This document shows, piece by piece, positions 1-10,116 of a DNA stretch of 64,000 nt (its first letter is position 1; every line of letters starts with the position of its first letter). Location of the stretch: positions 32,001 through 96,000 of the IMG/VR virus record IMGVR_UViG_3300033146_005596. One strand, written 5' to 3'. The notes under the pieces were generated by a model. It had not been told where the DNA came from, ran no database searches, and worked only from the letters and a program-made list of their open reading frames with translations. Made by a program: the position numbers and the translations under genes. The DNA comes from a virus.

Positions 1-115
1 TTTAAAAATAGTTGCCACGTCTAAAGCAACAGATATAGTTAGAGAAGGGGAAAATATTTTAGATAGCTTAGCTAGCTATTTTAAAGATGGTACCTCACTG
101 ATAAGCAATAGCTAT

Positions 116-1258
116 ATGCAGAAAATAACTAATTTGGTTGATATTGGTGGAATAAACAAAAGTATTAGCCAAGTTGGAGATATTAAAAATGCAATTGACA
201 AGGGCGAAACAGGTGAAGCTGGAAAACTAATTGCATCAAACATTTTAGAAGATACGGACCTTATTGTAGCAGGTGTAAAAGAGTTTGAGGCTATAGCTAC
301 TAATGTTGAAAAGTCGTTATCAAGGCTAGGACTTAACCTTACACCAGCCCTTGCTGAGAAGAAAATTGTTGATATGTCAAATAATTTTATAGAGGCTAAA
401 GCTAAGGCCCTTGGGGATAATGTTACTGAGCAGTTAGAAGACCTTGGAGCTAAAGGCTTTGATTTATTAAAAGAGTCCATCAAAGAATCGTTTAGTCCAG
501 AGCTGATGGAAAAGTTTGATAGGCTTGGAGAATACACTGATGCTCTAAACTTAAAAAAAGTAAAGATTAGCTATTTAATGAATGTAGCAGCAAGAGAAAA
601 CTCTCTAAGTTTTGAGGACTTTGTTAATTATTTTATAAAAGCAGCACCTAAGTTTAATGAAAAAATATTGGATATTGCAAAACTTGTAGGAGAAGAAGCT
701 AAACTAGATGGGCCAGATAAAGACTCAGAAAGGAAAATAAAGTCTCTAAGCGCTACAGTTGATGCCCTAAAAATTACAGGAACTACTATACTAGTAATTG
801 CTAATATTATGAAAATAGTGTTATTAACTATGAAAATAATAAAAATAGTAGCTACTGTTCTTAAGCAGCTTGGGCTTGCAAAGGAGATAGGTGCTTGTGT
901 TTTTAATCCAGCAAATATCCCAGCTCTTGCTGGTAAAATTGCAAAGGAAATATTGAACTATTTAACAAATTATTTAGAAGACTTTTTGAAAAAGATACCT
1001 GAGTTCTTATTAAGCATTAAAGTTCCAGTACCAGAAACAATGGTAGAGCTTATGCTTATGAACACTAGAAAGGGTGCCCTACCCTCTAACCAAAAAATAC
1101 TAGACGCTTTTGATAAAAAGAAAGTACAAGAAAAGTTTAATTCAAGTGCACTAGTTAAGCAGCTAGAAAAGGATAAAGATTGGAATAATTCCCGTGATGA
1201 TTTTTCAATTGATTGGAGTGATATGGAAGGAAATGAAGAGTTTGAGGCAAAAAGCTAA
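116..1258 (+). CDS. hypothetical protein (helical, possibly virion-associated)
   Basis: 380-aa ORF, stop overlaps the start of the next gene; no recognisable motif. Confidence 0.6.
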   Translation: MQKITNLVDIGGINKSISQVGDIKNAIDKGETGEAGKLIASNILEDTDLIVAGVKEFEAIATNVEKSLSRLGLNLTPALAEKKIVDMSNNFIEAKAKALGDNVTEQLEDLGAKGFDLLKESIKESFSPELMEKFDRLGEYTDALNLKKVKISYLMNVAARENSLSFEDFVNYFIKAAPKFNEKILDIAKLVGEEAKLDGPDKDSERKIKSLSATVDALKITGTTILVIANIMKIVLLTMKIIKIVATVLKQLGLAKEIGACVFNPANIPALAGKIAKEILNYLTNYLEDFLKKIPEFLLSIKVPVPETMVELMLMNTRKGALPSNQKILDAFDKKKVQEKFNSSALVKQLEKDKDWNNSRDDFSIDWSDMEGNEEFEAKS

Positions 1259-3192
1259 TGAATAATAAAGACCTTATAAAAACATTTGAGAATGTTTTGG
1301 ACAATAGAGATAATAGTGATAAAAGCAGAACAGCTATTAGTACCGCTTTAAAAAATATTATAGAATATTTATATCAAGATAAAGTAAACTATTTAAAATA
1401 TAAAGGGTTAAATACTGCTATAAATAACCTACAGGATATATTGTCAGTACAATATGATGAAAAACGGTCGTATTTAAATGAAATGTCGTTATTTGAGTAT
1501 GAAGTAGTAAGATATGAGCTAAACGATAGTGGGGAAGAAATTGAAGACCCAGCTCACCAGACTACAGTTAACTTTTTACCAGATGAAGCACCCAAAGATA
1601 TATTGAAGTGGCTGGACTTAAAATGTAGTATAGACAATGGTACCACATGGAAAACCAACTGGGACTATATGACTCTGAGGCTTGGTAGTAAAATATCATT
1701 TGAGCTGAATCCTAGTGATGAGATAGTTAATGTCAATAGCTATATATCAGCAAGTAGTAGTAATTTTTTAAATTTTGCTACATTCAAATCACCTGGATAT
1801 TGGGAGCATACATATAAGTCTGTTAAGAAAGATACTGATGACCCTCTTCCTGTATCAGCTGATTCATTAAAATCTTGGTACCCGTCTACTTTGAACGGAT
1901 ATATATATACTAGTATTGAAAAGAAACTTTTAACAAAGTATGATAGAGAAGAAAGAGAACAACATAAAGCTGAAAAAAGCGGAACATTAGCTCTTAATGA
2001 AGATACAGATGCAAAGCATACCTTTTTATTATTAACATTATTACTCAATGGTCTGCAATCAAGCTTAACTGTTGAAAGCTACACTGCAATAAGTGATGGG
2101 GATAACATTATTTCTGGTCTAAGCTTCCAAGATGAGTATATTGGGGTAATAGAAAAAGTATTACCTACATCAGAATACTATCTAGTTAGAAAAAATAGTA
2201 CTACTTATGAATATGTTTCTATGGGTGCTACCTCATGGAGTGCAGCAAATGCCCCAACCATATTGGACGGAGACGAGTTCAAACTCCACTATAGCCTACC
2301 AGTATATACTGAAGTTGGTGCTGCCTTTGAAAATCCTTTTAACCAGTTTTATAAGACTAAGCTAGAGAGCTTAAACTTTATAGAGTATGCAAATCTCCCT
2401 AGTTATTATCAGAGTAGAGAACCATCTGCGGAAACAAACTGGCTAGCATTAAAAAATACTAGTACTGGAAAATTTGAGATTAGTTTTAATACCTTATCTG
2501 CAGTTAGGAGTACTCAGCCAAACTTTATGAGCTATACTCAAATAGACAGTGTTTTAGGCTACATAAAATCTCAGGAAAAAGATAAACTATCAGACAACAT
2601 AGATGGTTCAGGTATGTACAAAAAAAGATTTGAACTTCTTTATTTACGATTGCACAAAACAGATGGGCTATACGCTAAAGCTGTAGCGGCTGAGATTGGG
2701 AAATACTCCATGACTTCTATGAACAACTTTTCTGAAGACTCTGACAGCATTTCCAAGCAGTATGAAACAGCCGTTAAACTATTTGATTATAGAGTGGATA
2801 ATAAAAAAGATACTTTTTTACTTGAGATGCTTGACTATGAAAAGTATTTAGACCCTAGTCTACCTCCAGAGGTACCAAAGTTTGTTGCTGGTAATAAATT
2901 TTATTTAATATATACTGATATATCTATGACCAAAAAAATAAAAGAGTTTTCTTTTTCAGACCTGATAATAAATACTAATATAGTATATGATACTCATGTT
3001 ATGGATATGAATTATAAAGAAAAGACCTATATTGATGGTATCATGGTACCAAATATGCGGCCTGCAAAATGCTATAGCTTAAAGCTCTTAGAGAATACTG
3101 AAGAAATTGCTCAAGACGAAGATGCAATTTTTGGTATTTTAGTTCCAGAGTCTAGTAGCTCTATTGTCGTACCGCCTAACCCTTGGGCATAA
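1258..3192 (+). CDS. hypothetical protein (possibly structural)
   Basis: 644-aa ORF followed by a hairpin at a convergent boundary. Confidence 0.6.
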   Translation: MNNKDLIKTFENVLDNRDNSDKSRTAISTALKNIIEYLYQDKVNYLKYKGLNTAINNLQDILSVQYDEKRSYLNEMSLFEYEVVRYELNDSGEEIEDPAHQTTVNFLPDEAPKDILKWLDLKCSIDNGTTWKTNWDYMTLRLGSKISFELNPSDEIVNVNSYISASSSNFLNFATFKSPGYWEHTYKSVKKDTDDPLPVSADSLKSWYPSTLNGYIYTSIEKKLLTKYDREEREQHKAEKSGTLALNEDTDAKHTFLLLTLLLNGLQSSLTVESYTAISDGDNIISGLSFQDEYIGVIEKVLPTSEYYLVRKNSTTYEYVSMGATSWSAANAPTILDGDEFKLHYSLPVYTEVGAAFENPFNQFYKTKLESLNFIEYANLPSYYQSREPSAETNWLALKNTSTGKFEISFNTLSAVRSTQPNFMSYTQIDSVLGYIKSQEKDKLSDNIDGSGMYKKRFELLYLRLHKTDGLYAKAVAAEIGKYSMTSMNNFSEDSDSISKQYETAVKLFDYRVDNKKDTFLLEMLDYEKYLDPSLPPEVPKFVAGNKFYLIYTDISMTKKIKEFSFSDLIINTNIVYDTHVMDMNYKEKTYIDGIMVPNMRPAKCYSLKLLENTEEIAQDEDAIFGILVPESSSSIVVPPNPWA

Positions 3193-3231
3193 AAAATGTC
3201 AGCTAAACAAGGTAGAATAGCTGACATAAAA
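3191..3231. terminator. intrinsic terminator-like hairpin
   Basis: ATGTCAGCTA...TAGCTGACAT inverted repeat preceded by an A-tract (U-tail on - strand), between convergent genes. Confidence 0.55.
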
Positions 3232-3445
3232 TAGTTGAGCTAGCAATTGGATTGTTAGCTTTGTAAGGAGCATCATTCCAGCTCACTATTTTTAAAAAGT
3301 TCTTTTAGAATGCTACTTGTCATCTAATTTAAACAAATAAGCATACCTACTTTGCCAATATTATTATAGAATTCAATAAAAGGCCTATTACTCTCAAAGT
3401 TTTCAACTCTTGCATTTGATTTTCAAGAGGTTGAAATAGCATAAA

Positions 3446-4786
3446 TTACTCTTTTGGAATTATAAAAGATTTAACATTTTTTCCAACGATTTCTGGTAAT
3501 TTTTGAGTGCAAACTACTAATGCTTGTTTTTTATGATTTGAAAAATTCAGAGTATCAACATAACCATCAGATAGTAAGATGGTAGGATTCTTACTAAACT
3601 TTTCATTTACTAAATCAATGGCTGGTTGTAGGTTAGTACCTCCGCAGCCTTTCTGAGTTAATTTCTGAAGCTCTTTATAAGACTTAATAGTTTTTACTAA
3701 GTTTATATTAGAATCAATCATAATTAAGTTTATAGTAACCTCTTGTTTAAACAATATTCCTAAGACCTTCTCAAAATCTGAGTTCTTGCTAGAAAAAGCT
3801 CCACTCATTGAACCACTGCTGTCTACAATAGCGTTAATCATGTTACCTTCTTTTCTACGCCCCTTGAGCATAGGATTTCGTCTGTTATATCTTGCATAAG
3901 TACCAACCTGATGAGTACCTAAAAGTCCAGAAGCAGCTAATTTTATTTTTTTCAAGTAGTTCGTTTTAGTCTTATAAAGAGTATTTATAAGCTTTTCACT
4001 ATTTCCACTCAAAATACCTTTTAGTCTAGCTTCGTTTATTACTGACTTAACAAACTCTTCTTGAAAAGCTTCAGGAACTGTTGACTCAATATGCTCGTCA
4101 AAAGACTTAGGACTTTGCTTGGTACTACTACCATTTACCTTGCTACCTTTTTGGTCAGAGTCATTTCCAGACTGCCCTTCCTGGCTCTCATTACCTGAGC
4201 CCGAGCTAGAGCCCTTGCCAGAGCCCGAGCTAGAGCCCTTGCCAGAGCCCGAGCTAGAGCCCTTGCCAGAGCCCTTGCCATCTTTTGATGAAGAGCCTTT
4301 TCCTTTTTTTTCATCTTGAGAATTTTCTTCATTCCATTTATAAAGAGCCTCCAAGATTTCTAGTCCGTTATAATCTTTTGGAATTTCATAGATACTTTCT
4401 GAAGGTTTTTTTGTTTTATGAGAATAATCATTGATAATTGTAGTATTTATAATCATATCAGCAGCGATATTAGCTTTTTCATGGTCAAAGCCCATTCTAT
4501 TAGCCCTTGATATATGATTTGATATTAAATGCATCATCTCGTGAATAATTAAAAAGTTTACTTGCTCATCGTCTAAGCTATTAACAAACTCAGGATTATA
4601 AATAAATTGAGGGCCTTTCGGAGTAAAACATACTCCAGCAGTTTCAATTGACTTTGTACTTTGAAAGGTACATCTTATTAAAAATTCATAGAGAAAGGAA
4701 TTGTTTATAACTAGGAATTGCGCCGATTTTTCTAATTTTTCATTCCTTATAAAGTTTATAGGTATTATAGATTCATATTTAACCAT
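3446..4786 (-). CDS. DUF2201-type metallopeptidase + VWA domain protein
   Basis: HEMMH zincin motif, NIAADMIIN, low-complexity linker, VWA MIDAS VDSSGSM...GGTN...LSDG; start moved to the ATG at 4786 after AAGGAG. Confidence 0.8.
   Translation of the reverse strand: MVKYESIIPINFIRNEKLEKSAQFLVINNSFLYEFLIRCTFQSTKSIETAGVCFTPKGPQFIYNPEFVNSLDDEQVNFLIIHEMMHLISNHISRANRMGFDHEKANIAADMIINTTIINDYSHKTKKPSESIYEIPKDYNGLEILEALYKWNEENSQDEKKGKGSSSKDGKGSGKGSSSGSGKGSSSGSGKGSSSGSGNESQEGQSGNDSDQKGSKVNGSSTKQSPKSFDEHIESTVPEAFQEEFVKSVINEARLKGILSGNSEKLINTLYKTKTNYLKKIKLAASGLLGTHQVGTYARYNRRNPMLKGRRKEGNMINAIVDSSGSMSGAFSSKNSDFEKVLGILFKQEVTINLIMIDSNINLVKTIKSYKELQKLTQKGCGGTNLQPAIDLVNEKFSKNPTILLSDGYVDTLNFSNHKKQALVVCTQKLPEIVGKNVKSFIIPKE
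4197..4280. repeat. 24-bp tandem repeat x3.5 encoding a GKGSSSGS linker
   Basis: GAGCCCGAGCTAGAGCCCTTGCCA at 4197, 4221, 4245 plus a half unit. Confidence 0.9.
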
Positions 4787-4806
4787 TTTTAGCTCCTTAC
4801 ATATAT

Positions 4807-4835
4807 AATATAACAAAGTTTTAATATAGTGCGTA
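4807..4835 (-). promoter_or_regulatory. class A promoter TACRCA-N15-GTTATATT
   Basis: one of 7 identically spaced copies, followed by an AAGGAG RBS. Confidence 0.75.
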
Positions 4836-4884
4836 AATAACTTAAAAATATTTTATAACTAATTAAATAAAGAGGTAAGTAGTA

Positions 4885-5784
4885 ATGACGACAGAAAAGA
4901 TGTTAAAAACTTATAGTTCTGAACTTGATAATAAACGAGTAAGAGAAACAACCATAAGTAATAATTTTACAGCAGATGACTCAATTTGGAATGACCCTAA
5001 AGTACTTCGGAGCAAAGCAGTTAAAAGCATTGTTACTAAGATTTATTTAGATCAGTTTAGAGATGAAACACAAGACCCTGAACAGGACTCTTTTGCAGAG
5101 TTAATGCACCATTATACTACAAGTGAACTAATTGGTTATTTATATGATGCTAACATAGCTGATGCTTTAGATACGCCTGAATTAAATAGAGCTGTTGAAA
5201 AAGCTCTTAGCACTAAAAACTTTTATGGAGAGGCAAGAATGAATAGTAGAAATTTAAGAGAGTCAATCACTGGAAATCCAGAGGATTATGATGAGTGGGG
5301 TTTTGATGATGAAGGCTTTGATGCTGAAGGCTTTGATGAAGAGGGTTTTGATGAGTATGGCTATGATTCTGATGGCTATGATTCTGATGGATTCGATGTA
5401 AACGATGAAAGCCGTTGGGATAAAGAAGATAGTGGGCCTTTTAATGAGTCAGTTAATATGTCAGACTTTAGCAATGTAGATGCTGATGACTGGGATGTTG
5501 TACCACAGGATTTAGACGAGCTAGAATATATTACTTACGAGGATGAGGAAGACTTTGAGGACGACTTTGAGGACGAGGACGAGTGGGAAGTAAATGAACA
5601 GAATGAATATATAAATATGCGAGACCTAGAAGATACTGGTTTTGATTCTGATGGTTATGACCTTGCTGGCTATAACGCAGAGGGGTATGATAGAGCTGGG
5701 TACCATATTGATGATGCAGACATTGATAGAATTGAAGATGAGTATTATAATGACATAGAAGGTTTAGAGGATTATGATAACTAA
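4885..5784 (+). CDS. highly acidic protein with G(F/Y)Dxx pentapeptide repeats
   Basis: GFDDEGFDAEGFDEEGFDEYGYDSDGYDSDGFD; ACTAATTA late-type motif upstream. Confidence 0.65.
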   Translation: MTTEKMLKTYSSELDNKRVRETTISNNFTADDSIWNDPKVLRSKAVKSIVTKIYLDQFRDETQDPEQDSFAELMHHYTTSELIGYLYDANIADALDTPELNRAVEKALSTKNFYGEARMNSRNLRESITGNPEDYDEWGFDDEGFDAEGFDEEGFDEYGYDSDGYDSDGFDVNDESRWDKEDSGPFNESVNMSDFSNVDADDWDVVPQDLDELEYITYEDEEDFEDDFEDEDEWEVNEQNEYINMRDLEDTGFDSDGYDLAGYNAEGYDRAGYHIDDADIDRIEDEYYNDIEGLEDYDN

Positions 5785-6292
5785 AATTAAATTTACAGAA
5801 GATTTCAGAATTCCCGGCACCAATGTTTTAATTGAGGCTGGGGATATTATTCAGGTTCAAGAAGCTGGAGAGTCAGAGTCTCTTAAAGATGAGCTTAGAG
5901 ATGGTTGGGCTAAACTATATAAAAGAGTTGCGTCTAGAAATGTTAGTATAAGGGGCAAGTACGGAAATATTAAAAGTATTGATGAGTTGGCAGGCTTAAG
6001 CGTGAGGGTACTAAAAAATCTTAATGTAGTAATTACATCAGTAAGTCATTATGATGGATTGGACTATTTTAATAAGTATTCAGCTAATAGACAAATACAT
6101 TTCGAAGTAGTGCCTAGTAAAAAACATTTATTAGTCCTAGGCTTAGAACAAAATGATTTAAGTAAGTATAGCATTTTAGAAATGGCTGATTTTATTGAAA
6201 GACTTTTTAAAGAAGTTGATACTAAAAAAACTGATGCCTATGAAGCGAAGTATAAAAATATTGGTAAACCGCTATATACCAAAGTTAAATAA
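5774..6292 (+). CDS. hypothetical protein with N-terminal FRIPGTN motif (possible internal head protein)
   Basis: N-terminus shared with ORF 53402..54010. Confidence 0.6.
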   Translation: MITKIKFTEDFRIPGTNVLIEAGDIIQVQEAGESESLKDELRDGWAKLYKRVASRNVSIRGKYGNIKSIDELAGLSVRVLKNLNVVITSVSHYDGLDYFNKYSANRQIHFEVVPSKKHLLVLGLEQNDLSKYSILEMADFIERLFKEVDTKKTDAYEAKYKNIGKPLYTKVK

Positions 6293-6296
6293 AAAT

Positions 6297-6329
6297 AAAT
6301 GGTACCAAACTTAATTGGTACCATTTTTT
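6297..6329. terminator. bidirectional terminator hairpin
   Basis: AAATGGTACCAA-ACTTAA-TTGGTACCATTT flanked by A and T tracts between convergent genes. Confidence 0.75.
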
Positions 6330-6334
6330 ATTTG

Positions 6335-7372
6335 TTACTCTTCAATAACTTCTTTTTTTGCATTTTCAAAGTTAGCTTCATCAATTTTATTTGCTTTTAA
6401 AAAAGACTCATTTACTGTATTTTTTGCCTGTTCAAACAATTCAGGATTATCTGTTAAAAACGCTTTTACCCCATTTATACCTTGAACATTCATATCCCAG
6501 TCTTCATTTTTAAACCAAGCTCCACCCTGTTTAATGACTCCTGCATCTTTCATGAAGTTTACATACTCATCATCAAAATCAAATCCAGTCTCAAAGTTGT
6601 TGGTCATTTCCCCAGTTCTATAAGGAATTCCAGTCTTAGATTTTACATTTCTTACAACCATTGTGACCGCAACTGGAACACCCTTTTCTTTAATTGTTTC
6701 TTTTTTTCTAATTAGAAAAACATTAGAGGCGTAGTAAGGTAAAGCATGCCCTCCAACTTTCCAGTGAGTATCTCCTCCATATAAGCTCATGTTAGCTCTT
6801 AGCTGATTTATAAAAATAGCTGGTGTATCTGTCTTTGACAACCAAGGATTTAAAATTTTCAGGCCTTCAGACATTATCTTGCTCGTGGAACCGAATGAAG
6901 CCTTAAACATATCTTGGATATTTCCTTTAGTTGCAGTGACCGCAACTGAATCCCAAATTATTAAGCCTATCTGTTCTGTTTTAACTAGCTCCACAGCCAT
7001 ATCAAAAGCGTCTTCTCCTGATACAGGCCTTAATAATATAAACTTACCATTTTCTGGTGAGGTATCCAGTCCCAAGACCCTTGCATGTTCTGCATCAAAA
7101 GCATGTTCCATATCTAAAAATACAACAACATTTTTATTTGGCTTTTTCTGAATATCAGCAGCTATTAAAGTTGCTGTTGTTGTTTTACCTCCGGACTCTT
7201 GACCTGCTAAAATTGTTATTCTCCCATCTGGTAAACCACCAGAAAATAAATAATTCATAGTAGGGCTTGTTAATGTAAACTTTTTAATGGTACTCTCACC
7301 TTCACTTAACTCAACCAAATCACCTGGATAATCTTTTTGTATACTTTTTAAAACACTTGCTAAACTACTCAT
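6335..7372 (-). CDS. recA: RecA/UvsX recombinase
   Basis: GQESGGKTT Walker A, FLDMEHA, IIWDSV, FINQLR, GGHALPYYAS, GAWF; true start likely MSSLASV at 7372. Confidence 0.93.
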   Translation of the reverse strand: MSSLASVLKSIQKDYPGDLVELSEGESTIKKFTLTSPTMNYLFSGGLPDGRITILAGQESGGKTTTATLIAADIQKKPNKNVVVFLDMEHAFDAEHARVLGLDTSPENGKFILLRPVSGEDAFDMAVELVKTEQIGLIIWDSVAVTATKGNIQDMFKASFGSTSKIMSEGLKILNPWLSKTDTPAIFINQLRANMSLYGGDTHWKVGGHALPYYASNVFLIRKKETIKEKGVPVAVTMVVRNVKSKTGIPYRTGEMTNNFETGFDFDDEYVNFMKDAGVIKQGGAWFKNEDWDMNVQGINGVKAFLTDNPELFEQAKNTVNESFLKANKIDEANFENAKKEVIEE

Positions 7373-7373
7373 T

Positions 7374-7880
7374 TTATTTGTCTCCTGTACTTCCAAAACC
7401 ACCAGTACCTCTAGTGCTTTTATTCTTTGTTCCTTCACTGTGTAATTCAGTGAAATACTTTTCATTTATTTCTTCTGGTATATTGTATAGAACTGGTACC
7501 AAAATAAATTGTGCTACTTTTTGGTCTGAGTTTATAACAACCATTTTATTACTTGTATTTATAAGAGATAAATGTATCTCCCCTTGATAGTCTTCATCAA
7601 CTACACAAGCACCCATTACTAGGCCCAACTTTGTTGCTATACCAGATTTATTAAAAGCTGTAAGCATAGTTCCATGTGGTAGTACTGATTTTATTCCAGA
7701 AGGTAATAAAACGCGACCCTGAGGCTGTATCATTATTGTGTCGTCGTACACTATAAAACCCTTACCTGCTACGTCTTTAAGGTAGCATTCACTTAGTTTA
7801 GGTACAAAAAAATCAATACCTGCTGATAATAATGTACCTCTTTCTGGACTTTTCACATCTCTCATTTTAACAAATTTCAT
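7374..7880 (-). CDS. dut: dUTPase (trimeric)
   Basis: AGIDF, KSG, VVDEDYQGEI, AQ, RGTGGFGSTG motifs I-V. Confidence 0.95.
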   Translation of the reverse strand: MKFVKMRDVKSPERGTLLSAGIDFFVPKLSECYLKDVAGKGFIVYDDTIMIQPQGRVLLPSGIKSVLPHGTMLTAFNKSGIATKLGLVMGACVVDEDYQGEIHLSLINTSNKMVVINSDQKVAQFILVPVLYNIPEEINEKYFTELHSEGTKNKSTRGTGGFGSTGDK

Positions 7881-8628
7881 TTTCTTGTATCTCCTTTAAT
7901 CTTTGCATTTGTTTATCAAACTCTAAATATTTAACTAGTAGCTCTTCTGTAGAGTATAGCTTTGTGTGGTCTGGCATCTTTAAATAACTCTTAAAAATCA
8001 TTAAGTTATCAATACCATCTTTTGAGACAACATTTCCAAAATTTGTAACCCCTAAGGTTTTTACCTTGTAAAATGAACTCCTGTTTAGTATCACGGAAGC
8101 ACCAAAAACTTGCTTAAAAGTATAGAATATCTTAAAAATAGCATTTTTATTCTTTAGTTTATCAGCTTCTGCATCAAATCTTACCTTATTGTCTTCAGCA
8201 ATTGCTTCTTCTAACTCTTGGAAAAAATCCTTGGACTTCTTTCTTTTAGGTTCCATAAACTCTTTCATCTCAGCTTGTTTTAACTTATAGCTATCAATAT
8301 CTTTCTTGAGTAATTCTAAAGCAGGAATATTAAACTTCATAAACTTTTTAGCTGGCCAACCACGTAGGGCTGTTTGTACAAGTCCTAAGTCCTCAAACTC
8401 CTCAAGATATTTCTTCTGTTGGTGGTAGCTTAAGAAAAGCTCACCCTTAATAGCTTCAGCAGTTATATAAAAATAACCATCTTCTAAATAGCCGGACTTT
8501 GCATAGTACTCATAGTTATTTATGAGAAAACTAAAGAAAACAGCCCGGTTTGCATCCTTAAAAAACCTAATTAAGTCCTTATTAACAATCAAGTAGTTAT
8601 TCGTTGAAAATGCTTCTATAACTCCCAT
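7867..8628 (-). CDS. putative replication initiator (winged-helix N-terminus)
   Basis: IVNKDL...A.F.S.LI...DGYFYITAEAIK.EL.LSY.QQ...L...GLV....RGWPAK resembles phage replisome-organiser HTH proteins. Confidence 0.6.
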   Translation of the reverse strand: MGVIEAFSTNNYLIVNKDLIRFFKDANRAVFFSFLINNYEYYAKSGYLEDGYFYITAEAIKGELFLSYHQQKKYLEEFEDLGLVQTALRGWPAKKFMKFNIPALELLKKDIDSYKLKQAEMKEFMEPKRKKSKDFFQELEEAIAEDNKVRFDAEADKLKNKNAIFKIFYTFKQVFGASVILNRSSFYKVKTLGVTNFGNVVSKDGIDNLMIFKSYLKMPDHTKLYSTEELLVKYLEFDKQMQRLKEIQENEIC

Positions 8629-8630
8629 AC

Positions 8631-8933
8631 TTAAAACAACTCCTCACTTAGTACTGTTAAAAACTCTTCTTTAGTCTTTGAACGATTAACTTTCTTTTTT
8701 AGCTTGAGGTATCTAGGCATCAATTCTTTTGGAATACTCCCAATGTGAATGGTCCCAAAAAATATATTAACCATTTGCTCTAATGAGAAAGATTTGTATG
8801 CTGTATCATGAAATATTTTACTAAATAAATATTCAATAATTTTTTTGAGATATGTAGCTCGGCTAATCTCCTCTTCCCTCTCGTGAATAACCTTCAAGTC
8901 ATCAATGGTTATAATCTTAATCTTTTCGCCCAT
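8631..8933 (-). CDS. hypothetical protein
   Basis: 100-aa ORF in the replication operon. Confidence 0.6.
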   Translation of the reverse strand: MGEKIKIITIDDLKVIHEREEEISRATYLKKIIEYLFSKIFHDTAYKSFSLEQMVNIFFGTIHIGSIPKELMPRYLKLKKKVNRSKTKEEFLTVLSEELF

Positions 8934-8937
8934 GCTC

Positions 8938-10113
8938 TTATGCTCCTTTTACTTGTCGTGTGGGTATATTTCTAGTTGGGATAATATCCTCAACAGTTGT
9001 TAATGGAACCAACTCATTTGAAAATGTTGGCATTTTGTTTGACTCATCTATAAATGAGCACAAAATTAAAATAGCCTCAGATTTGTTCAGATAAGGTACT
9101 CTTGCTTTTTCAATTTCTCTGAAAGTTGCAATCAGGGGAATAAAGTTTTTGTGAGTAGCAATCTCAACAGTAAGTGGTTGTACATTATCATTAAGGTCTG
9201 GAAAGCAACGGTACTGATAAGCTTCACCTAGAATATATAGACCTAGCTTATGAAAATCATTATGATTTATTTTAGAGTATTCAGTAATAAAATCCTGTTC
9301 TTTGTTCAATAACTGAATTAGCATCTTTGCAGTACTTTCCTCTGATACTATTCCAAGATTAGATAACAATGTTTTTGTATCGTAATACTCACCTGATATT
9401 GCCCGCTCTAAAAGCTGAACAGCAGTTCTTGGAATTCCTTCTGATGCGGAAGCTAATATTTTAAGCCCCTCAAATCTAAAGTCCTTTGGTAATTTGTCCC
9501 AAAGGCCTTCAATGTCCAAAGACCTTTTTAATAGACGCATTATATCAGAAGTTTTTAGAGGGTTAAAATAAAATGTTTGGCATCTTGATTTTATAGACGG
9601 TGGAACTCCAGATTTATCCATTGATAATAAAATCCAGTAAACATTTTTCTTTGGCTTTTCTAAAATCTTATGGAAGGCTGCTTTTGCACTTGCAGACAAC
9701 TGGTCAATCTCCTCAATAATGTAAACCTTTGCTTTATCAAGCATAGGTGAAGCATCTATTAAAGATGTGAAATCCACAATATCTGATTTAGAGCCTATTT
9801 GACTTCCATCTAGCATTTGTGTATCTCGTGTAAAAGTCTCATTTACAATTGATTTACAAGCTGGGCATTTACCGCAGGGAACTATATCATCTCCTGATGT
9901 ATCTAGGTCTGTGCATTGCACTATTTGAGCAATAATCTGAGCAGCAGTAGATTTACCAGTACCATAAGTACCTTGAAGTAGCATAACCTGTGGTAAGCCT
10001 TTATCCTTTTTGATTCGTTTAGACATTTCATTTTTTAGAGACTCCGCACCTTGAATCTCACCTAATGTTCTTGGCCTATGTTTTATAGACCATTGCAAAT
10101 TACTCTTTTTCAT
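8938..10113 (-). CDS. dnaX: DNA polymerase III gamma/tau-like clamp loader subunit
   Basis: KHRPRTL, GTYGTGKST, PCGKCPAC zinc module, IIEEIDQLS, SRC arginine finger. Confidence 0.9.
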   Translation of the reverse strand: MKKSNLQWSIKHRPRTLGEIQGAESLKNEMSKRIKKDKGLPQVMLLQGTYGTGKSTAAQIIAQIVQCTDLDTSGDDIVPCGKCPACKSIVNETFTRDTQMLDGSQIGSKSDIVDFTSLIDASPMLDKAKVYIIEEIDQLSASAKAAFHKILEKPKKNVYWILLSMDKSGVPPSIKSRCQTFYFNPLKTSDIMRLLKRSLDIEGLWDKLPKDFRFEGLKILASASEGIPRTAVQLLERAISGEYYDTKTLLSNLGIVSEESTAKMLIQLLNKEQDFITEYSKINHNDFHKLGLYILGEAYQYRCFPDLNDNVQPLTVEIATHKNFIPLIATFREIEKARVPYLNKSEAILILCSFIDESNKMPTFSNELVPLTTVEDIIPTRNIPTRQVKGA

Positions 10114-10116
10114 CTT

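Noticed and set aside
4119-4332. ORFs encoding EPELEPLP and ARALARAR repeats
   Set aside because: Alternative-frame readings of the 24-bp repeat inside the VWA gene
7373-7465. N-terminal extension of RecA in the ORF track
   Set aside because: Overlaps the dUTPase 3' end; the ATG at 7372 with an AGGAG RBS is the better start
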